This document shows, piece by piece, positions 38,170-47,676 of a stretch of 64,000 bases of DNA. This DNA comes from a virus: IMG/VR virus record IMGVR_UViG_3300016675_000314. One strand, written 5' to 3'. The notes beneath the pieces were generated by a model. That model made no database searches. It saw only the letters and a program-made list of their open reading frames with translations, and was not told the DNA's origin. The position numbers were made by a program, and so were the translations under genes. Position 1 is the first letter of the stretch. Every line of letters starts with the position of its first letter.

Positions 38170-39426
38170 TTAAGGATTAGCGTAATCCGTACCTATTTCA
38201 AGCAGGTGACCAGAAGAGTGAATCTCTGGCTCAAACGGAGGCGCTGAAGCAGCTACGTTATTCTTATCTGTGTGTGGCAGATGATTAAATAGTCGATAGT
38301 TTAAATAACTATCGACTACATTGATAGAATAAACGTTGTCTTCGTGTTGTTTCCAATAAATGCTTACTCTACCACGTCCCGTCACTAACGGATATTTAGG
38401 ATCAAAGGACGCATTAAACATTCCAGGAAAACCACAGTTTTGAATGTAAAGCTCATTAAAGAACAGTTCAGGAGTATCAACAATAACTATAAAAGACTGA
38501 CTTAGAGTCAAGTATTTAAAAATTACAGAGTCACTATAAAACTCAGTAGCATTAATAATCGATTCATTTTTATTACTAGTGCTTAAACCCAGCGACGATA
38601 AATCTAGATAACCTCTAGATTCATAATACCTCTCAAGTAAGGGAATGTGCTTGAGGTCAATACCAAACGCATTATTACCTACAGGAAAGAAAGTATTCTT
38701 ATTAGGTTTAACGAGATAGCCACCCAATACTAACAGAACCGTTTTATTTTCAATATCAATAGATGGGTCAATTTGTACGTATGTTTTATCGTAAAAACTA
38801 CTGCTAGTGTTTTGTTTATACACCATAGCCGGTGTAATAGGAATGTGTTTTACTTTTCCAACATTTCTAAAAGAAAGTAGAGCCGCCGTATTATGTCTGG
38901 AACGCTGATTTGTGCGGGCAGCGTCAAAGACATACAGATAGTCGCCGTCTGTATCAGTCATATGCCAGTAGCCGTTTACGTTAACCATGCAGTAATCATA
39001 GACATCCTGCATGCTTGTTTCTGGCTCACGACGATATACTCTTAAGTCAATTTTATCAATACGAGCATCATCTGCGTCAGGCGTAGAATTTCTAGCAGTA
39101 ATGTCTATATTGTATCCTGCTCTAAACATATCCTGAAAATAAACAAACGCTGTATTTCTAACAGGTAACGACACCATTGTATCAAATGTTTCATTACCGT
39201 TATCAGTAAGCATATCGTCAATGGTGCCTGTAAACGACGAATACTTAGCTCTAAAGACAGAAAAGTCTACATAGATAGGGTCCGGAGTATAATTGGCTTG
39301 TAGTGTTAAATATACTTCACGATATGTGTTATATATTTCATTTACCGCCATTGCACCAATACTCAAGTCGCCCCATCTAGATTGAGGTTCCTTACTAACA
39401 CCTTTAGCCGATATAACTGTGTACAT
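38170..39426 (-). CDS. Virion structural protein (phiKZ-family)
   Basis: 418 aa; YCMVNVNGYWH, VLLVLGGYL and FIVIVDTPE motifs recalled from phiKZ-like structural proteins. Confidence 0.55.
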   Translation of the reverse strand: MYTVISAKGVSKEPQSRWGDLSIGAMAVNEIYNTYREVYLTLQANYTPDPIYVDFSVFRAKYSSFTGTIDDMLTDNGNETFDTMVSLPVRNTAFVYFQDMFRAGYNIDITARNSTPDADDARIDKIDLRVYRREPETSMQDVYDYCMVNVNGYWHMTDTDGDYLYVFDAARTNQRSRHNTAALLSFRNVGKVKHIPITPAMVYKQNTSSSFYDKTYVQIDPSIDIENKTVLLVLGGYLVKPNKNTFFPVGNNAFGIDLKHIPLLERYYESRGYLDLSSLGLSTSNKNESIINATEFYSDSVIFKYLTLSQSFIVIVDTPELFFNELYIQNCGFPGMFNASFDPKYPLVTGRGRVSIYWKQHEDNVYSINVVDSYLNYRLFNHLPHTDKNNVAASAPPFEPEIHSSGHLLEIGTDYANP

Positions 39427-39605
39427 TTTAAACCTTTAATCACTTATATGCGTTTATAAAAGGCGTCGTAAATACTATAGCCATTGAGGTTTAGGCATAA
39501 ACCTCGTTTATGTTTTTAATACTAAAGACGCTTAACATAACATTATTTGGCTATGTTTAGTGGATTTTGTAACAAGTTTAACAATAACTTTACCAGGAGT
39601 TTTCA

Positions 39606-42113
39606 ATGCCTACTCCAGGCCCAAATGTATACCCTCTGGACACAACAGGTTTGAGTCCTGCTAATTTAATTTCTAATGAAGATCATACACTCACTAGTGC
39701 TAACAGTAGTACTTATCACTTCGTAGTTCCTGAGTTTGCACCTTTTTATAGAGAAGGTTTTATAATCAGTCATAGACCGGTTGGTAGTAGTGGTTTCACA
39801 GTACTCACACCTGGTGTAGATTATAATTTTGCATTCCCTTATGTTGGCGCCACTCTTCAAACAGGTAAACCAATTTATGGTGCGATTAGTTTTATAAACC
39901 TTTTATTAGAAGGTACTGTAAGATTAACCTACCAAACTGTTGGCGGCGAATACACTCTTGATGAAACAAATCTCATTGAGATTACTGCCAACATTGTTTA
40001 TAATCCAAGAATTACTACGTGGGAACAAGTAAGCGGTGCCCCGGCGCACTTTCCACCAGTGGCTCATGCTTGGACACCTCAAGATTTAGTAGGTCAGCAA
40101 GACTTACTTACTAAACTTGATCAAATTCGTGACGCTATCCTTAACCCGGCAAGCGGCGGACTCTTATCGCACATTGGCGATTATGGAAATCCTCACCGCG
40201 TAAATAAACACCAAGTAGGTCTTGGTAGAGTGATGAATTTTCCAATCGCAACTATTGCTGAATGTGTTGCTGGTTTAGCTACCGACAGATATGTCACGCC
40301 AGGTGGTCTAAGAGCAGCAATGTCTCTTATTGATACAAGGCAATACTTAACACTTAATGAAGCCCTCACTTTAACAGAAGTACCAAAAATAGTTACATTT
40401 GATGTTCTTCTTCAAATGCTTAGAACATTTGGTATACTGCAAAGAACAGATACTGTTATTACGGCACCAAATAAACCTACAATTATTTACCCAGTAGATA
40501 CAGGTATTTATATCGGTGACCAACCACTGCGCTGTCTTAATTTTACGGGTGTTGGTGCTGGCGCTATTATTAAAACTCAAAGTCTTGTAAACGTTGGCAG
40601 TCTTGTTATACCTGCTGGTGTTAATACTGTTAAAATTACAGGTAGGGGTGCAGTAGGTACAACTACTGTAACTGGTGGTAGCATGAATGCTGGGTCACCA
40701 ATTATAACCCCTGTTGGTTTTGAAACAGGGGCCGTTATCTCTGAACTAGTACCAAACATCACTGGTGATCAAGGTAGTGTTAGCTGTCGTGTTGTTTCTG
40801 CATCGCACAACATAGACCAAATAGTTAATTTAAATTTGTCTAGTAGTTCTTCTACCCAAAGAGTATATTCTACTAGTATCGCTATTGGTCAAGACGCAGT
40901 TACTTCAAACATCATTTACGGTACTATAACTGTTATTTACACAGGTACAGCGCCAACAATTAATAACATAGCTGGCGCTAACGCTACAGTTACTGTTTTG
41001 GGAACTCCTCACGTATTTGAAGGCAGTCCCAATAACTCTACGTTACCTATTGCTAAAAGCTCTGAGGTGGTTTTAAATGTATCGACGCCAACAACAATTA
41101 CTTATAATTGTCCTGCCGGTACAGATATTACAGCGTCTTGGTATGAGCCGGCTGCCGGCACTAGTAAGATTCAAACAGATACTGTTTGGGAAATTTCTAG
41201 TACGTCTACTTTTGACTCCGGAACCATTGTTGACGGAACCTCGCTTGGTAAAGGCGGTGATTTTACACTATCGTCTTGGAAACCTACAAGAAATGCTTTA
41301 GTTGTAAATACTGTTTATTTTGCTAGAGCTAAATGGAAGTTTAATGACGGTAGTGAAAGTAGCTGGTCTGACGGTGTGGCCTTTGGATATCAAGCTACTA
41401 ACGTTTTCCCGCCAGATGGCACTATTCTTGGCTATTTCTGCCGTGGTGTTAACAAGTACGCTAGTGTTGCTGATGGTATGGGTAACGCTGTTGAGAGAAT
41501 TCATCAAACTAACTCTATTGAGTGTGGTTATGACTCTAGTAGCGGCTCTACACCAATTAATATTACACTTAATGCAAATGCTGCGTACAGCATACTGCGT
41601 AATGAGATGGCTCTTATTCACGGTGGTGGTACACACCCCTATCAAATAACTGTCCCTATTGACGCATATATTAAGAATTTTGTTGAAAACATTGAAGACG
41701 ACAGAGTTAGACTTTATCTTAAAGACTCTTTCTATAGTGAGTATCTGTCATTTAAAGCGGCAAATAGTTCTACATTTACTAATTTTAGATTACCATTTAA
41801 GGTAAGTAAAGTCGGTGTTAATGAAAATATCAAAGTTGAATTAGTTGCTAATATGAGTCCGACCAGACTCGGTAAGCAGGGCTTAGAACCAAACCGTTAC
41901 TTTATTAAAATCTCTCTTAATAATACAGGTTTTAACAGCGTTTTTAATGCCACCACTAATAATACTAAGATACTGTTTAAGTTAGATACTGAACAAATGT
42001 TTAAGGATCTGACTGGTGCTAACTTTATAGCCCAAGGCCTTGTTGCACCTTCTAATAAGTCGCTTACTGCGTCAATTGAGTTTGGTACACTCATCCAGTA
42101 TAGTCTGGGATAA
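39606..42113 (+). CDS. Tail fibre-like virion protein, paralog 1
   Basis: 835 aa with GGAG upstream; YPLDTTG..PANLI.NEDH N-terminus and HIGDYGNPHRVNKHQVGLG fibre motif; one Cys-pair module. Confidence 0.65.
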   Translation: MPTPGPNVYPLDTTGLSPANLISNEDHTLTSANSSTYHFVVPEFAPFYREGFIISHRPVGSSGFTVLTPGVDYNFAFPYVGATLQTGKPIYGAISFINLLLEGTVRLTYQTVGGEYTLDETNLIEITANIVYNPRITTWEQVSGAPAHFPPVAHAWTPQDLVGQQDLLTKLDQIRDAILNPASGGLLSHIGDYGNPHRVNKHQVGLGRVMNFPIATIAECVAGLATDRYVTPGGLRAAMSLIDTRQYLTLNEALTLTEVPKIVTFDVLLQMLRTFGILQRTDTVITAPNKPTIIYPVDTGIYIGDQPLRCLNFTGVGAGAIIKTQSLVNVGSLVIPAGVNTVKITGRGAVGTTTVTGGSMNAGSPIITPVGFETGAVISELVPNITGDQGSVSCRVVSASHNIDQIVNLNLSSSSSTQRVYSTSIAIGQDAVTSNIIYGTITVIYTGTAPTINNIAGANATVTVLGTPHVFEGSPNNSTLPIAKSSEVVLNVSTPTTITYNCPAGTDITASWYEPAAGTSKIQTDTVWEISSTSTFDSGTIVDGTSLGKGGDFTLSSWKPTRNALVVNTVYFARAKWKFNDGSESSWSDGVAFGYQATNVFPPDGTILGYFCRGVNKYASVADGMGNAVERIHQTNSIECGYDSSSGSTPINITLNANAAYSILRNEMALIHGGGTHPYQITVPIDAYIKNFVENIEDDRVRLYLKDSFYSEYLSFKAANSSTFTNFRLPFKVSKVGVNENIKVELVANMSPTRLGKQGLEPNRYFIKISLNNTGFNSVFNATTNNTKILFKLDTEQMFKDLTGANFIAQGLVAPSNKSLTASIEFGTLIQYSLG

Positions 42114-42124
42114 AAAAGTATTAG

Positions 42125-42156
42125 ACTCCCGTAGCAGCTAAAACTGCTACGGGAGT
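42125..42156. terminator. Intergenic hairpin, 13-bp stem
   Basis: actcccgtagcag-ctaaaa-ctgctacgggagt. Confidence 0.65.
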
Positions 42157-42207
42157 ATTAAAAGAATCATAATTGTTTCTTCAATAGAAATAAAGGGATC
42201 ATAAAAC

Positions 42208-45200
42208 ATGCCTCCTCCAGTCATCAGGTATGGTCTAGACCCCACTGCTGTCAATCCTGACAACTTAGTCATGAATGAAAAGCATGTGTTGGCTAATAGA
42301 CGCATACGTGCAATTAGTCCGGTAGAAGGAGCGTTCTATGGTGAAAACGTGATCGTTAGTGAAGATTCTAGCGGACGCATTCTCACCAAAGGTATTCACT
42401 ACGTTCCTCAAGAATATTACAGAACACCGTCAGAGTTATACGGTAAAGCCGTTTACGGAATTTTACTTGTTATAGACCCAGCTGTTACCTCACACATCAC
42501 TATTAATTATCAAGTCGTTGGTGGTATTTATAGTGGAACCACAGATACACTTAAACATCTGTTGGAACAGGTACGCGACGATGGTACTGAGTTTAGTTTT
42601 TATGATGTTGTTGGTAGACCTGACGCGTATGCTCCTACCCCACACTTTCATTCGTTAGATAACGGAATGAAATTTGAGTATATCGTTCACGCTTTAGAAA
42701 GAATTCGTAATGCGATTCTTTGGGCAGACTCCCCGGCGTACAACGATATTTATGAATATATTCAAAATTTGTTAAGAGAAATAGATGCTAGACTTAAGCA
42801 TCAGATGGACTCATTTATTACGCCTTTACTGTATGAGTTCAAGAAAAACTTTACAAAAGCCACTATTGGTTTAGGTCATGTTGAAAATCTTGAAATAGCC
42901 ACTAGAGAAGAAGGTGCTAAGGCTGGGTTACCTAATACTAGGATTAATGAATTTCTAGAACGCAAGTATATTGCCCTAGACGCTATTGTGGCTTTTAAGG
43001 ATAAACTGTACGAACATCTTGTTAGTAAGGAAAAAACTAACTTGGGTAGAACACAAGCTGTGTTTCTACCTCCTAAGAAAAGATCCTTGTTTGAGATGCC
43101 TAACGGTGCAGTCGCGTCGTTTGTAAGTAAACGAGAAGCTATAGTACTGCCTGATGGTTTTGATCCTAATATTTATCCAGAAGGATTAAACGACGACACA
43201 CGCATTACAATTGTTAAAGTCACTAATAATCGTAATAACAGCGGCGGTATTTTCTTAGCGTATTTTAACAATGGTGAACAAGCTTACATTGGTCATTCGG
43301 CTACAGGAACAATTGCTGAAAATATAGTCTGGAAAAAGTTTTTGTTTACTGAAGATATTAAAGAGTTTACTGATCTCTTATCTTCACATATTACAAACAC
43401 TTATAATCCGCACAAAACCAATAAGGCACAGGTCGGTTTAAGTGAAGTTGAAAACTTACCAGTTATTACAAGAGAAGAAATTCTTTGTTTGAAGAGCGTT
43501 CGTAAATATATGACGTTTGATGCGTTTTTATTATTTATGAAAGCATTCATGATCGGTAAGAACGGTAGTGCTGCAGATCCCGGAGACGAGTCTGGTGAAC
43601 CGTTAGATAACTGCCAGATTATCTATTGTCCGTGTTCGCCATGCGGTTGTGGTGAAGGAGGTGGTTCTACACCTACCCCCGAGCCTTGTCCCGCGTACGG
43701 TATACTTAAGTCTACGTTCTGTGAAGGGTTTACTAAGTACGGTATCTATCATAATGGTAGTTGTGGTACCTATAATCAACTTATTGCTACTAATGCGGTA
43801 GACTGCGGTTATCAGACGCCCACTACTAATTTACCGCCAGGTACTGAATTAGGAACGTTCTGCCAAGGATATGATCTTTGGGGCAAATATGCTGACGGTA
43901 ATGGCGGCAGTTATAATAAGATCATTCAGGCAAATTCCACCACCTGTGGTTATACCGTCACAGGTAATACACCCACAACACCCACATCGACATCGACCGG
44001 TACCGGCACCACTCCGCCACCTAATCTTGGGTATACAATAAGTATTTCCCCAGCATCATTAGCTGTAGGTAGTGGCGCTGCTACGCTTACAGGAAACATC
44101 AGTGGTTTGACACCTGGCAGACAGTATACGGTATCGCATAAGTTTAGACCAGCTCATTTGGGTACGTGGATTCCGTATTATAATCAAGCTACATTTGTGG
44201 CAACAGGCTCTTCACACACCTACTCGTTCCCGGTTAATAATTACGGCGATATTCCTCCTGGACGCGCTGAATTCCAAGGAACAATTGAAGGTGCTGACTC
44301 AAGTGCAGGCGGTAGTCGTGTTTCTAATATTGCTCAATTTACCTATACTGGTGAAAAGAAAATTACATTAACACTTAATGGAAATACAACCGGTGGCGAT
44401 ATTCCTGCCGGTAGTGAAGTTGATGCTAGAACTTTATTTGAAAACTTCCCAATTAATACTAACATTACTTGGAAGACATATTTGTATAGTAACCCAGCAA
44501 CTGATGGTCCCCCTCAAATGGCGGATGGCACTGGTAGAGCAATGTACGACTCGCGTGCAGCAATCGTACCGGCGTCACACCGTGGCCAACAGCAATGGAA
44601 GGTTGTTGCGACATACGCTATTGGTGCGTGGGCCGGTGGTGGAACTAAGACTGTAGAGTCTAATGTCGTCACTATTAACTGGGTGGGTGGCGGCGGGACT
44701 AATCCCCCACCAGGCACTGAACTTGGTCGGGTTTGCCAAGGCACTACACTTGTAGTTACGTACGCCAACGGCTCTGGTGGTTCATATCAAACCACATATG
44801 CTAACCATCCTGATTGTGGATCGGCTTCAGGACCAGCAACTGTAAGATTATACCATACTGGCTCTGGCAGTTGGCAACCTGTTCCACCATCAATGACAGT
44901 TGGTGACGACGGCTTTAACGGTGAATTGGCTGTAGTTGTAGAAGGTCTAAATTTACCAGCGGGTACTCCATTAATTGTTTTATTTACAGTTACTGACGGT
45001 AGTCCTATCTGGATAGATTCTCAATTTATTGGCTGGGCCGGTAGTCATGAGTGGTTTGGTGCTGACGGGTATCCGGCTAATGTCGTCTATGTGACAAGAC
45101 ACAGAGGACCACTACTGACCGGTAATCCGGGTTATGACGTAGGTTACATCATAGGCAATAGCAGTATGGCTGGTACGTCAGTGGCTATTAGATTCCGGTA

Positions 45201-45357
45201 CGATGCCGCTAGGTTAAGTTTGTATCCTGATCAAGACCTTACCGGTAATGTCATGATTACTATTCACCATCGTGACGCGCCGTCTGCAGAGGTAGCTAGA
45301 GCTACTACTACATATAGGTTTAGATCTAGAAATTCAAGAATGGATGTAACTCCTTAA
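42208..45357 (+). CDS. Tail fibre-like virion protein, paralog 2
   Basis: 1049 aa; same N-terminal domain (YGLDPTAVNPDNLVMNEKH); NPHKTNKAQVGL; a Cys cluster, three Cys-pair modules and Thr/Gly linkers. Confidence 0.65.
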   Translation: MPPPVIRYGLDPTAVNPDNLVMNEKHVLANRRIRAISPVEGAFYGENVIVSEDSSGRILTKGIHYVPQEYYRTPSELYGKAVYGILLVIDPAVTSHITINYQVVGGIYSGTTDTLKHLLEQVRDDGTEFSFYDVVGRPDAYAPTPHFHSLDNGMKFEYIVHALERIRNAILWADSPAYNDIYEYIQNLLREIDARLKHQMDSFITPLLYEFKKNFTKATIGLGHVENLEIATREEGAKAGLPNTRINEFLERKYIALDAIVAFKDKLYEHLVSKEKTNLGRTQAVFLPPKKRSLFEMPNGAVASFVSKREAIVLPDGFDPNIYPEGLNDDTRITIVKVTNNRNNSGGIFLAYFNNGEQAYIGHSATGTIAENIVWKKFLFTEDIKEFTDLLSSHITNTYNPHKTNKAQVGLSEVENLPVITREEILCLKSVRKYMTFDAFLLFMKAFMIGKNGSAADPGDESGEPLDNCQIIYCPCSPCGCGEGGGSTPTPEPCPAYGILKSTFCEGFTKYGIYHNGSCGTYNQLIATNAVDCGYQTPTTNLPPGTELGTFCQGYDLWGKYADGNGGSYNKIIQANSTTCGYTVTGNTPTTPTSTSTGTGTTPPPNLGYTISISPASLAVGSGAATLTGNISGLTPGRQYTVSHKFRPAHLGTWIPYYNQATFVATGSSHTYSFPVNNYGDIPPGRAEFQGTIEGADSSAGGSRVSNIAQFTYTGEKKITLTLNGNTTGGDIPAGSEVDARTLFENFPINTNITWKTYLYSNPATDGPPQMADGTGRAMYDSRAAIVPASHRGQQQWKVVATYAIGAWAGGGTKTVESNVVTINWVGGGGTNPPPGTELGRVCQGTTLVVTYANGSGGSYQTTYANHPDCGSASGPATVRLYHTGSGSWQPVPPSMTVGDDGFNGELAVVVEGLNLPAGTPLIVLFTVTDGSPIWIDSQFIGWAGSHEWFGADGYPANVVYVTRHRGPLLTGNPGYDVGYIIGNSSMAGTSVAIRFRYDAARLSLYPDQDLTGNVMITIHHRDAPSAEVARATTTYRFRSRNSRMDVTP

Positions 45358-45384
45358 TTGAAATTAAAAATACGCTAACTTTGG

Positions 45385-45429
45385 CATATAAATCTCTCAG
45401 ACAGGGAATGTCCCCTGTCTGAGAGTATG
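45385..45429. terminator. Hairpin, 13-bp stem, CATA...TATG flanked
   Basis: cata-taaat-ctctcagacaggg-aatgtc-ccctgtctgagag-tatg. Confidence 0.68.
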
Positions 45430-45487
45430 CCGTTTATCAACGATTAATTACATGATCAACCTTAAATAAAACGAAAAAGGCTCGAAT

Positions 45488-47380
45488 ATGGCACTTTTTG
45501 TAACCAGATACGAGCTGGACAGAACCGGTATAAATCCAGCTAACCGTATTACAGGTGAGGAACACGCTTTCACACCTGCACAGACAACATTATTAGTACC
45601 TAAATTTGGGTACTTTTATAAAGATAATCTTGTTATTAGAAATTTGTATACAGGACTGCCGTTAACGGACGGTCAGTATATTTGTACTGAATATTTTGAA
45701 AAAGCGTCTCTTACATATGGTAAGGCCATCTACGGCAGTATTCTTATTACTGACGATAGTTTAAATGGTGTTATTTTAGACTATAATGTTCTCGGTGGTG
45801 AAAACACTAGGTCACCTAGTAATATTTTATCGGTATTTGAAGAAAGAATGCAGCCCAATCTGGCAGTACCATGGGACGATCTTACTGATAAGCCAAAAGA
45901 ATTTCCACCGACTAAAGACCACTTTCATAATTTAAGTGAAGTACACGACCTTATACGCATATTTAAATATATTGATGATATTCGTGACGCTATACTAGTC
46001 GGTCATATGCCTGCATATAACGCATTATTAGACTACATCGATAATGCTTTAGCAGGCATGGAAAATACAATGCGGTTTAGATTAACAGAACTAATGCCTG
46101 GTATTGTCGACGCGTTTAAAGCCCAATTTACAAAATTATTCTTTGGTTTAGATAAATTAGTTAATTTAGCTTGTGCCACTAATCAAGAAGCTAGAAATGC
46201 TTCTGGTATTAATTTTAAACAAGCCGATATTGTTATTAATAAATACATGGTGCTTTCAGCACTAGTTTCTTTTAAAGAAGGTATTTATTTAGGGGTAGTT
46301 AATAAATTAACTACTAATATTGGTACCTATGATCAAAAATTTATATCGCCATTAAAAACCAGTCTCTTCAATATGGAGAATGGAGCAAATGCTAGTTTTA
46401 TTGGTTTAGAAAAAGCACAAGGTAACGGCATAGACTTTGATCAAGATATTTACCCTAATTCATCTAGAGGTCTCGATAGTCTAGTTGTAAATAAAATATC
46501 TAACGGTGTTGGTCATAGAGGCGGTGTTTTTCATGTCTTTGATCAAGCCGATGATTTAATACATCTTGGAGGACACATCACTGGTGAAATAGCCCAAGAT
46601 TTTGCTTGGAAAACGTATTTAATTGAAGGCGATGTAACGGCATATCTCGACGCTATAATTAAACACATCCAAGATACAGGTAACCCGCATCAGTTAACTA
46701 AACAACAAATTCATTTGGGTTTAGTAGAAAATCTTCCTGTTGTAACTAAGGATAATATCCTTAACATGACGAGCGCTAGAGAGTATCTGACTATGGATAC
46801 TCTCTTATACTTCATGCGTGCGTTCTTACAGCAAAATGCGTGGCACGTTGAATTACCAGAAGGTCATCGCAATAGATTTCTACTTGACAATTGTCAGGTT
46901 GTTTTCTCGCCTTGTGGTGGGTGCGGCTGTTCTGATAGAAGTGACTTCCAGCCTGTTACTACAGAGCCTCCAGTCACATGCCCTGCTGCTAATACGTTAC
47001 TTAGAACGTTCTGCTCTGACTCTCCTGATAATGAACCAGAAAGTGGTTCAGACGCAGAACCAACCGGTTTCAATAAATATGGTGTTTACACCGACGGTGA
47101 CTGCGGCGAAGAAGTTAGATTAATAGAAGTAAATTCTCCCGATTGCGGATGGGAGCCTCCAAGTGAACTTCGAGCAAGTGTTGAAATTCGCGACATGCAC
47201 AACAGACTCATTGGTATGGGTTACGGCCCAAGTGATACTAAGGACCCTAACGCAACCGTTGAGATGCGTAGTGCTGCAGGTACTTTAATTTGCAACATCT
47301 ATCCAAGATCTGGTGATGGTTACGACTCCGCTGTTCTCGATGGCGATGGTAGCTTCATTGGTTTTGCTGTTAACCCATAA
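45488..47380 (+). CDS. Tail fibre-like virion protein, paralog 3
   Basis: 630 aa; YELDRTGINPANRITGEEH N-terminus; NPHQLTKQQIHLG; a Cys cluster and one Cys-pair module. Confidence 0.65.
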   Translation: MALFVTRYELDRTGINPANRITGEEHAFTPAQTTLLVPKFGYFYKDNLVIRNLYTGLPLTDGQYICTEYFEKASLTYGKAIYGSILITDDSLNGVILDYNVLGGENTRSPSNILSVFEERMQPNLAVPWDDLTDKPKEFPPTKDHFHNLSEVHDLIRIFKYIDDIRDAILVGHMPAYNALLDYIDNALAGMENTMRFRLTELMPGIVDAFKAQFTKLFFGLDKLVNLACATNQEARNASGINFKQADIVINKYMVLSALVSFKEGIYLGVVNKLTTNIGTYDQKFISPLKTSLFNMENGANASFIGLEKAQGNGIDFDQDIYPNSSRGLDSLVVNKISNGVGHRGGVFHVFDQADDLIHLGGHITGEIAQDFAWKTYLIEGDVTAYLDAIIKHIQDTGNPHQLTKQQIHLGLVENLPVVTKDNILNMTSAREYLTMDTLLYFMRAFLQQNAWHVELPEGHRNRFLLDNCQVVFSPCGGCGCSDRSDFQPVTTEPPVTCPAANTLLRTFCSDSPDNEPESGSDAEPTGFNKYGVYTDGDCGEEVRLIEVNSPDCGWEPPSELRASVEIRDMHNRLIGMGYGPSDTKDPNATVEMRSAAGTLICNIYPRSGDGYDSAVLDGDGSFIGFAVNP

Positions 47381-47397
47381 TTGAAAGACTTTGATAA

Positions 47398-47625
47398 ATG
47401 CCTAACTTTGTACTTAAGGGTGAAGTATCTCGTGCACTGGTTGACGAGTTAGCTGCTAATATACCTGCGGCTCAAGACTTCAAAAGCCAAATGGGTGTAC
47501 CTAACCCAACTACACCTACAGTGCCGGATTATACTCCTGCTGCTGTAAAAACTATGGTTATGGATTTACTTAATAATGATGCGGACGTTATTGCCCGTAT
47601 TAAAGTAATTTCTAAGATGCCATAA
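47398..47625 (+). CDS. Small hypothetical protein (possible fibre accessory factor)
   Basis: 75-aa ORF directly after fibre paralog 3. Confidence 0.5.
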   Translation: MPNFVLKGEVSRALVDELAANIPAAQDFKSQMGVPNPTTPTVPDYTPAAVKTMVMDLLNNDADVIARIKVISKMP

Positions 47626-47634
47626 TAAGTAAAG

Positions 47635-47673
47635 CATACTCCCTCTGGCAAATAAATGCCAGAGGGAGTTATG
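47635..47673. terminator. Hairpin between convergent genes, CATA...TATG flanked
   Basis: cat-actccctctggca-aataaa-tgccagagggagt-tatg. Confidence 0.72.
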
Positions 47674-47676
47674 TCG

